Part shown: piece after piece, positions 55,981 to 64,000 of the stretch
Layout: every line of letters starts with the position of its first letter
Numbering within the stretch: the stretch's first letter is position 1
Assembly (NCBI GenBank): GCA_965223545.1
Contig: OZ245006.1
Location: 5,440,001-5,504,000 of the forward strand
Reading direction: 5' to 3'
Origin: Planctomycetota bacterium
GTDB taxonomy: Bacteria > Planctomycetota > UBA1135 > UBA2386
Length of the DNA stretch: 64,000 nucleotides
Translations under genes and position numbers: made by a program
The notes under the pieces: generated by a model
Seen by the model: only the letters and a program-made list of their open reading frames with translations
Database searches by the model: none
Told to the model about the DNA's origin: nothing

Positions 55981-58900
55981 CTAAGGACTCGCGGCATAGG
56001 AAGGGTCCAGTCGCTGGACACCGGTAGTGCCGGCGATGTACACCTCGGGTGCCGGGTGCGATTGGTCGAGATTCTCGATCAGTATCGACTGGAATGCGCC
56101 AATGGAGCCGTCCAAAACCATGCGAAAAACAGGGTCGGGACTGGCCAGTTGACGCTGCACCACATCCCAGCGAAATACGCTCAACTCACCGATGTGCGTG
56201 CAGACCAGAATCTCTAGCCCATCTGGATCCTGGTCGAGGTCGGCGACCGCGATCGCGCAGGCGCCGTATCCGGGGAAGTCCGGCAACAAGGCCGTTCCCC
56301 CGATGTTGGCTTCCCCAAGATGTTGGAGCGTGGTTTGCCCCGGGACGTAATCGAGAACGTGAAGGCTCGCGCGCGCAGGATTGCCTGTGTGGTCGATGGA
56401 GTCGTAGAAGGTCGCGAACAGGATTTCTTCCTCTGCATCTCCTGGCTCATACGCGCCATCCAGGTCGTGTACCGCAAGGGCCTGTCCACCGAGGCCGAGG
56501 TCGGCGCTCTGCGCGACGATCGGATTGTGGTGGGACGTGAAGGTGTCGAGAACGACGACTCTGCCCCCGAACCCAGCGACGACTACTTCGGGCTTTGCAG
56601 TGATGGGTCGCGTGACATGCGCCAATCTGAGGCTCTGCTGCTCCCAGACCTGGTGGAGGGAGAACTCCTGTCGCAGCGTGATACCCGACGATAGCTGAGT
56701 CGGTGTCGGCCCCGGGGGGTGGTGGTTCCCGGAGTTTCCGAACGGCGGCCCCGTCGAGTTCCAGACGTCGCTGAAGCTCGTGTTCGCGGGAAAGCCGACA
56801 GGCGTGTATTCCACGACCTGAACGATGTTCGGGTAGAATCCTCCACCGTACGGAACAGCGTTCCACCAACCCGCGTAATGGACGGACCCCACCGCCCGAA
56901 CATCTCCCGGGAGTGGCACGATCCAGAAGTCGGATTGCGCAGTTGCGGCTGCGGTTTGAAGGATTGCCCAATCCCTCAAGTTCGCGTTTGGTTGGTAGAG
57001 ATCCAGAGTTAGACGTTGGTGAGTCGGAAGCGACGCAACGCTCCACGCAGTGTGTCCCGATCCACCCGACCCCGTCATCGTACTCAACCCACTCCCACCA
57101 TGCCGCAACATGAATCCCGGGGCTGGTGCCTGATCCGGAATGCCCCCGGCCGGAACCACAGGCGCCCCCGTCACCGGATCCAACTTCCACCAACTCTGAT
57201 CCGGGCCAAGTGCGTGCAGCACCCCATTCCCCGCCCCAACCCCAGGCACGCCCTCGATCGCCCAGGTGCACGAGATCGAGGGATTCGTCCGGTGATCCCG
57301 CAACCCCCATGCGCCGCCGCCAGGCGGGTTGGTGACCACGCTGACGTTGCGCTGGATCGGGATCGGCGACTGCGACGTGTCCATCAGCTCGGCGAGCTCG
57401 AACCACACGACGCGGCCGGTGGCGGTCGATACGACGATCTCGTCGTTGCCGTCGCCGTCGATGTCGCCGGACTGGACGTCGGCGGCTTTGGCCGCGGGGG
57501 CGAAGGTGTCCAGCTTGCGCAGGCCGAGCCAGGTCTTGAATTCGTTCCAAATGAGCAGATGGCCACTGAAGAGCGCGACGAGATAGCGGACGCGATTCTC
57601 TCCCGCGGTGTGCGTGGCGCCGGTGACGGCGACGCCGTTGCCGCGCACTGGCTTGCCGAGTCCGATGAACGGAGTCGTGGCCGGGTGGGCGGGCGTGTCC
57701 AGTCGACCGAAGGAGTCTTGCATGTCCAGCGTGTCCGGGGTGAAGAATCGGAAGCTGTCGTGCTGGACGACCGGCGGCCCTCCGCCGAGTGTGGGGAACA
57801 ACGAGCTCTTGAACTGGTTGCGGTGCATGGACAGCAAGTACGGCTGCTCGGTCCACATCACGTACTCGAGGTCCGCCGCGTCGCCGTACTGCAGCGTGGA
57901 TGCGGCCGACAGCTTCGCCGGACCGGCGGGAGTGCCGGCGGGAATGCCTGGCTGGTCCCACTCGAGCGAGGCGACGACACCGCGGTACGAGAGCACGTAG
58001 ATCGGCTTGTGGAACGGTCCGCCGGTGCTGCGCATCTGCGGCGTCGGACCGACGACGATGTCGATGATGCCGGTCTCCTGGTGGTAGGCGAGCGGGTTCA
58101 GGTTGCCGTCCAGCACGACGATCATGCCGTGGACGGTGGCGAACACGATCTCCGCGGCCACGTCGTTGTCGAGGTTGTCGACCGCGATGCGGCGCGGCTT
58201 GGTGTAGAGCCACGGATCGGTGAGGCCTTGGACCGTGATGCCGAAGGGGGCTTCGGCGGACCGCAGCAAGGCCAAGGTGGTGCCGTCGTAGACGGCGATC
58301 CGCCGGTAGGCTGCGGCGATGATTTCGTCGCCGGGGCTGTTGGGGTCGACGTCGCCGGCGGCCAATCCCCAGACGCCATGGCCCAGGGGTTGGCTCTGGG
58401 CGACCACGACGAGCGGCTGCATGCTCGGGCTGATCTGCTCGACCTCGAAGCGGGTGATCAAGCCCTGCGCGCTGCCGACGTAGATCGAAGCCTTGCCGTC
58501 GCCGTCGCAGTCCGCGACCACCATGGACTCATCGTAGCCGAACCACGTCCCCTGACCGACGGGCTGGAAGGTCGGGCTCTCGACCAGCAAGGTCTCGGGC
58601 GAGGGAAAGTTCTGGCGGACCCCGGCGCGGTTGAGGACGTGATCGTGGGGATCCAGCGTGGTGATGCCGGCGGCCAAGCCGGGACGGAGCTCGGTCGGTG
58701 TCGGTGGTGGGACGCCGACTCCGACCTGTCCGGGGGCTTCTTGGTCGATGAACCACGCGGCCGCGTCGATCACCTGTGGAAAGGTGATGGTGCCACCGGA
58801 GGTGTCGCGCACGGTCAAGGGTTCAGCCCACGTGATATCGAAGTGGCAGCCCTTGCCGACCCTCGACCAATAGATGTTGGGTGCGTTGGCGTGCGCGCTG

Positions 58901-60117
58901 ACGACGTGACCGGCTGTCGCCGTGTTGGTGTTGCCGGGCGCCGACAGGTCGTCCATCAGGCCGATCCAGTCGGTGCCGTTGGTGACCGTGTCCTCGTCGC
59001 TGCACAACAGCATGGCGGGGCGGGCGACCGTGCCGTGGCGCAGGCGGTTGGTGAACGACATGCCGAGGTAGTCGGTGCCCTCTTGGGCACAGAACACGGT
59101 CCAATCCAGCGCGTCGGGGAGCTGGTAGTCGGCGCCGGACCCGACGTCGCCGGTGGCGCTGGTGAAGAGGTCGTAGGCGTCGTGCTCGTTGGGCACGGCG
59201 CGATGGGAGGGGTTGTAGGCCGAGGAGATCGCGCCGTCGAACTCGTGCGGGTAGCGCAGGACGCCGACCTGCGCCGCCAGGCCGCCGAACGACCCTCCCG
59301 CGAGGATGAAGACGACGTCCTCGTACTGGCTGAGCATCTGCTCGATCACCGTGCGGAGTTGGCGCGCGCGCTGCATCAAGAACGTCAGCGGCCGCCCCGC
59401 AGTGCGCGGCACGATGTGGGCCACGAATACGTCGTAGTTGCGCCCGGTGTAACTGCGCGAGCGGTGGATCAGCTGGTCGGGGTGCGGCTATTTGCGTTCG
59501 CCCCATCGCTCGGGGGAGGTCGTCGTCAGCTGGGTGGCGAGGAGCCCGAATCCGTCGTGGTGGCCGGGATAGCCGAACGGCGCCTGCTCTTGCGGCGCAC
59601 TTGCCTTTGGCGGTTGCGTTGCCGGCATCGCGATCACGGCGACGGCGAAGCGGCCGGGGCTGGGGTCCCACTCTGTCGGGCGCACGATCTCGAACGACGC
59701 AGCCAGCGGCGGAGGCTCGCCAGGCGAAGACGACACGCCGCGGAGTTCGCCGATGTACTGCTCGAGGTTGCCGATCACGGTGGTTCCGTCGAAGTCGTAG
59801 CCCTCGATCGGCGTCCAGTTCCGGATCTCCTTCACGGCGCCCGCTTGCACCACTGTGCTCGGGTCCGGATCCGGTCCGTGGTAGCCGCCGACATCCGGTG
59901 CCGCCGGGTCGGGCAACGCCTCGCCGAAGTTCCACATCAAGTCGGCCTTGTTGAGGAACGGCGAGTACGGCGTGTTGATGACCGCGGTCGGCAGCGGGTC
60001 CGCGATCATTGGATTGCCTCCGACCTGAGCGGTCGGCGCCCCCGCAAATGCCGCGGTGGCGCAGGCCATCGCGATCAGGTGACGGGCGCGATCACCGCGT
60101 GTTCTCTCTCTCTGCAT
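55981..60117 (-). pseudogene. large secreted alpha/beta-hydrolase + FG-GAP-like repeat protein (about 1378 aa) interrupted by an in-frame TAG at 59488..59490
   Basis: The two ORFs are in one frame (...WGERK*PHPDQLIHRSRSYTGRNYDVFVAHIV...). Signal ...GAPTA|Q, GGSFGG nucleophile elbow, DxDGDG repeats. Confidence 0.78.
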
Positions 60118-60224
60118 CGCTCGCTCCATGATGGTCCCGATGACCACCACACTGGCAAGCCGCGACGCGCCCGTCAATCCCCCTACGGCACCCCCCGCCC
60201 GATCGTGAAGCCCGACCCCCGACC

Positions 60225-62417
60225 TCAAGTCGGCCGGTTGCCGCGCCGCCAGTCCTTGAAGCGCCCGTGCACCCGAAACCCCGCGCCGATCGCGCGCGAC
60301 GCAAGATCCGGCAATCCCGGCACCGAATGCGCGAACCGCGCAATCGCGTCCGCCAGTCGGTGGCGCATGCGCACGCCGCGCAGGTCTTTGACCACTTCGA
60401 CCGGCTGCTCGTAGTAGTCGGGTTTGCCGCCCCAGGCGCCGAGGATGGCGCCGATGCCCCAGCCGTGGATCAGTGTGGTCAGCAGCTGCTGATCGTCCTC
60501 GAAGTCGCCGGGCGGGAGGTGGCGCTCGACCAGGAGGCCCAAGAGCTGCAGGTGGTAGTCCCAGACGTGGGCATTGGTCATCGAGTCGGCGTGCGTGCGG
60601 TAGTCGTAGAGCACGCGCGGCACCGGTTGCACGCGCAGGCCGGCGCGCGCGCAGTCCATCCACATCGCCCAGTCCGAGTAGCAGTCGACGAGCGGGTCGT
60701 AGCGCAGGCCGTGCTCTTTGTACACCGCGGCGCGGAACATCGAGCCGGCGTCACCGGAGTCATTGCGGAAGAGGCACAGGCCTCGATCGAACGGCAGAGG
60801 ATTGACGATGACGTGCCGGTTCTGGATCTGGTCGTTGAAGATCTGGTAATGGGGCGTGATCGCGGCGATGTCGTCGAAGCGGGAGAACACCTCGAGGCCG
60901 GTGGCGGCGTACTCGGGGCGGGCGACGTTGTCGGCGTCCAGCCATAGGATGAAGTCGCCGGTGGCCAGCTCGATCGCTGCGTTGCGGGTGTGGGCGAGTC
61001 CCGTGTTCTCTTTGTGGTGCACCTCGACGCGCGGGTCGCGGCGTTGCATGTCGGCGACGATGTCTTGGGCGTCGTCGCGCGGCGAGCCGTCGTTGAGGAT
61101 CGCGATCTGCAGATCGCCGTGCGTCTGGGCGATGGCGGAGTCGATCGCTTGGCCGAGCACCGCCCGGCTCTCGCGGTAGTAGGGGACCAGCACCGAGACG
61201 CGCGCGCTGCCAAGGCGCGCGGCTCGCGGCCGGCGGGCGCGGCGGGTGTCGTCGATCAACCCCGCGACCCGGTCGGCGAAGTGAGAAGGAGAGGTCAGCG
61301 CGCGGATGCGCGCGGCGCCGGCGGCGGCGATGCGGTCGATGCCGGGCGCTGCGGCGGCGAGGTCCTTGCGCAGGGCCGTGACGATGGCCTGGCGGTCCCC
61401 GCCGTCGACCAGCAGCCCCGAGGTGCCGTGCTCGATCATCTCGGCGATGCCGCTGTCGCGACCACCGATCACGAGGCGGGCCGCGGCCAGCCCGTCCTGC
61501 GCGCACTGCGGCCAGCTGCGGCCGGTGGCGGGCAGCACGCAGACGTCGGCATTGCGCAGCCGCTCGCGCACCTCATCGCGTGTCGTGCTGACCGACAGCC
61601 GTACGTTGGCCGGCAGCTGCCGGCGGAGCCAGTCGGCGCAGCTGGTGCCGAGCGGGGAGCGGTCGCTATCGATGCCGGCGACGTCGAGCGACAGCTCTGG
61701 CAGCGCGTGGAAGGCGAGGATCAGCTCTTCGATCCCGCTGCTCGGCTCGAGCGAGCCGCAGAAGAACAGCGACAGCTCCGCCGCGTCGCGGCCCGGCGCG
61801 GGCGGTGTGGGTGCATCGCCCAGGCGCGCCGCCGGGTGGACCACGTGGGCGTGCGCCGACGCCGCGGGCTCGGGCGCCCCGCGCAGCGCGCGGGCCGAGG
61901 TCGCCAGCACGAGCTCGGCGTGCTGCAGCGTGTGCTCCTCCATCACGCACGTCTCGCGCAACGACGGCGTCAGCGCGTGACTGCGCCGGTTCTGTTGCAG
62001 GTCGGCGCGCGTCGTCGTGTGCAGCCGCACGCCGAGCACGGCGTCGCCGAAGGTCGAGAACAGTCGCTGCTCGAGCACGCTGCAGTAGCCGGTCGCTTCC
62101 CGGTCCTGGAACTCGATGTAGTCGAAGGGCGCCAGGTCGCGCAAGCTCGCGCACGCCAGCGCGGAGAACCACGAGGCGCCGCGCGCCAAGCCGAAGCGAA
62201 ACGCCTTCGGGTCACGGGACACGTCCTCGACGTAGTGAATGCGCGCAAACGCCTCCGTCCGCACCAGCCGCTCGCGATCCTCCGCTCGAGGCGCGTGCGT
62301 CAGCAGGCTGACGTCGTGACCCGCGACGCGCCACGCGGCGGCCGCTTCCACGACCTGGGTGCCGAGGTCGCCGTGCGGCTCGGTGGCGACGGCGGTGTTG
62401 ACCAGGCAGATCTTCAA
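60225..62417 (-). CDS. bifunctional glycosyltransferase (GT4-like + GT2)
   Basis: N-terminal GT-B-like half, then VSVLVPYY...ILNDGS...ENTGLAHTRN...WLDADN (GT2 DxD). TTG start overlaps the upstream TGA. Confidence 0.85.
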   Translation of the reverse strand: MKICLVNTAVATEPHGDLGTQVVEAAAAWRVAGHDVSLLTHAPRAEDRERLVRTEAFARIHYVEDVSRDPKAFRFGLARGASWFSALACASLRDLAPFDYIEFQDREATGYCSVLEQRLFSTFGDAVLGVRLHTTTRADLQQNRRSHALTPSLRETCVMEEHTLQHAELVLATSARALRGAPEPAASAHAHVVHPAARLGDAPTPPAPGRDAAELSLFFCGSLEPSSGIEELILAFHALPELSLDVAGIDSDRSPLGTSCADWLRRQLPANVRLSVSTTRDEVRERLRNADVCVLPATGRSWPQCAQDGLAAARLVIGGRDSGIAEMIEHGTSGLLVDGGDRQAIVTALRKDLAAAAPGIDRIAAAGAARIRALTSPSHFADRVAGLIDDTRRARRPRAARLGSARVSVLVPYYRESRAVLGQAIDSAIAQTHGDLQIAILNDGSPRDDAQDIVADMQRRDPRVEVHHKENTGLAHTRNAAIELATGDFILWLDADNVARPEYAATGLEVFSRFDDIAAITPHYQIFNDQIQNRHVIVNPLPFDRGLCLFRNDSGDAGSMFRAAVYKEHGLRYDPLVDCYSDWAMWMDCARAGLRVQPVPRVLYDYRTHADSMTNAHVWDYHLQLLGLLVERHLPPGDFEDDQQLLTTLIHGWGIGAILGAWGGKPDYYEQPVEVVKDLRGVRMRHRLADAIARFAHSVPGLPDLASRAIGAGFRVHGRFKDWRRGNRPT

Positions 62418-63190
62418 GGCTGCTCCGCGGCAACGAAGACGCCGTCGGCCGACCATTCGCGGAACCAGCGGCCAGCGTCGACACCTTCGTCCTCGGCCAG
62501 CTGGACCGCGTCGCCGAACGCCGTGCCCGCAATCAGCGCCCCCAGCAGCCGCCCGACGGCGCCGTTGGTCGAGGTGCGCCAGACGCGGCCTTCCTTGCGG
62601 TTGACCAGGACCCAGCTCGGCTCGGCGGGCGGGATCGTCGGCTCGTCGCCGTCGAAGAATGCCTGCAAGTAGCGGTTGGTCGGGTGCCGGAACTCCAGCA
62701 CGCGGACCGACGGGTTGGTGCGCAGCACGATTTGGGCCCACTCGTCGGGGCCGAGGTGCGCCAGCGTGGTCGCGTCGAGCGGCGTGAATTCGGGTGCGTC
62801 GAACGACTCCTGCACCGTCCATTGCAGGCGCGCGAGCTCGACGAGAAAGCCGCGGCGCTCGAGGTCGGGCTGGGCGTCGACGAACGCCGGCAGGTCGCGG
62901 CCGAAGACGTTGAGGCTCGGTCCGCGGCTCGGGTGGTTGGCGACGTAGTCGCGGGCGAGACGGTCCCAGCGTTCGTCCCCGAGGGCAAACGCGACGGCGT
63001 CGTAGTCGGCCAGCAAGACCTCGATCAGGCGGGAGGCATAGGCGCAGCGATACACGTCGAGGCGCTCGGCCGGTGTTTGCTTCGGCGAGGGCCGCACGAC
63101 CTGTGACGCTACGGGCGCCGTTGGATCGGCCGAGTCGCGGATCACGCTCGACATCCAGCGCTGCAGCGTCGTCAGGTCAGGTCTTGGCAT
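62414..63190 (-). CDS. DUF2063 (HvfC/BufC-like) partner protein of DUF692
   Basis: ERLDVYRCAYASRLIEVL...Y...HPS...FG...ELARLQW, directly downstream of DUF692. Confidence 0.85.
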   Translation of the reverse strand: MPRPDLTTLQRWMSSVIRDSADPTAPVASQVVRPSPKQTPAERLDVYRCAYASRLIEVLLADYDAVAFALGDERWDRLARDYVANHPSRGPSLNVFGRDLPAFVDAQPDLERRGFLVELARLQWTVQESFDAPEFTPLDATTLAHLGPDEWAQIVLRTNPSVRVLEFRHPTNRYLQAFFDGDEPTIPPAEPSWVLVNRKEGRVWRTSTNGAVGRLLGALIAGTAFGDAVQLAEDEGVDAGRWFREWSADGVFVAAEQP

Positions 63191-63999
63191 TCCTTCGCCC
63201 CGCTCTCGTCGCGGTGCGCGTGCGCCTTCCACGCCTCGGCGCGCACCTCTTCGAAAGAAGGGATCCTAGCATCCCACTCGAGCAGCGTGGAGCGGCCGCC
63301 GCTCGCGCGATGGGCGGAAGCGTACAGCTCCCACACCGCATCGCAAACACGATCGTCGTGGGTATCGAGCAGATGCGTCTCGAACCGCGTGTGCCCGGCC
63401 AGGTGGAAGTAGACCACGCGTTCCCACGGCACGCCTTCGAGATAGGCGTGGGCGTCCCAACCGTGGTTTTGGCAGGACACGTAGACGTTGTTGAGGTCGA
63501 GCAGCAGGCCGCAGCCGGATTGTCGAGACAGCTCCTCGAGGAACTCCCACTCGGTCAGATCGGCATCATTAAACTCGACATAGGTGCTCGGATTTTCGAG
63601 GATCAGCGGTGCCTGCAAGGCATCTTGCACTTGTTGCACGCGCGGCACCAGGTGGCGCAGGGCCTCCCCGGTATAGGGGACCGGCAGCAGGTCGTGCAGG
63701 TTGACGCCGTCGACGCCGGTCCAGCACAGGTGGTCGGAGACCACGCGTGCGCCGCACCGGTCGCGCAGCGCCACCAGATCGCGGAGGTAGTCGCGGTCCA
63801 GGGGGTCGGCCGAGCCGATGTTGAGGGAGACCCCGTGCATCACCACGGGGTAGCGTTCGGCGATGCGGTCGAGCACTTGCACCGGGCGTCCGCCGGTGCG
63901 CATGAAGTTCTCCGACAGGATCTCGAACCAGTCGAGCTCCGGCCAGTGTTCGGTGATGTGGGCGAAATGCGCGGTCCGCAGCCCGATCCCGACGCCCAT
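63172..63999 (-). CDS. DUF692 multinuclear non-heme iron oxidative enzyme (MNIO, MbnB/BufB family); may start beyond the window
   Basis: GIGLR, EILSENF, HGVSL, SDHL, HDLLP, ENPS, LLLDLNNVY, HLAGH, DTH, LEWD. Confidence 0.95.
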   Translation of the reverse strand: MGVGIGLRTAHFAHITEHWPELDWFEILSENFMRTGGRPVQVLDRIAERYPVVMHGVSLNIGSADPLDRDYLRDLVALRDRCGARVVSDHLCWTGVDGVNLHDLLPVPYTGEALRHLVPRVQQVQDALQAPLILENPSTYVEFNDADLTEWEFLEELSRQSGCGLLLDLNNVYVSCQNHGWDAHAYLEGVPWERVVYFHLAGHTRFETHLLDTHDDRVCDAVWELYASAHRASGGRSTLLEWDARIPSFEEVRAEAWKAHAHRDESGAKECQDLT

Positions 64000-64000
64000 G

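Noticed and set aside
59488..59490. Genome-wide TAG reassignment
   Set aside because: TAG ends several clearly complete genes here, and no pyl genes are visible.
6..62672. Many long overlapping ORFs, e.g. 6..2732(-), 2936..5266(+), 14249..16771(-), 37066..39975(-), 40928..43792(-), 57016..60414(+)
   Set aside because: These are shadow frames expected at high GC. They are Arg/Ala/Pro-rich or antisense to motif-bearing genes, with no domain motifs of their own.
1..64000. tRNA, rRNA or riboswitch genes
   Set aside because: None were recognised by eye in the intergenic gaps. A covariance-model search would be needed to exclude small RNAs.

Overview
High-GC bacterial window of about 40 genes. 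The repertoire (FG-GAP, ELWxxDGT and carboxypeptidase-regulatory-like repeat proteins, a BlaR1-like M56 protein with secretin-N-like repeats) suggests a Planctomycetota-like lineage; this is inference. Main loci in order: (1) RTX-repeat and beta-sandwich surface proteins; (2) a hydrolase-PadR-ABC operon and a MarR-GNAT pair; (3) an H-NOX / HNOBA hybrid kinase pair; (4) an fpg-like gene, then a lower-GC islet with an HNH nuclease and a HEAT-like ORF; (5) blaI/blaR-like genes behind a perfect 20-bp inverted repeat; (6) sugar-acid catabolism genes; (7) a ROK-regulated beta-1,3-glucan locus (two CBM-like secreted paralogs, MFS, GH16, GH149); (8) endonuclease I and dus; (9) a scarred region with a dus fragment, an IS fragment and an orphan copy of part of a large neighbouring gene that itself has an in-frame TAG; (10) a DUF692-DUF2063-glycosyltransferase operon at the right edge. 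The most striking pattern runs across loci: seven to eight otherwise unrelated secreted proteins end in a similar ~110-150 aa C-terminal domain, and nearly all predicted Sec substrates expose Gln after signal cleavage. Together these suggest a C-terminal sorting or surface-display system. No rRNA, tRNA or CRISPR array was seen. All family calls come from motif recognition by eye, not from database searches.
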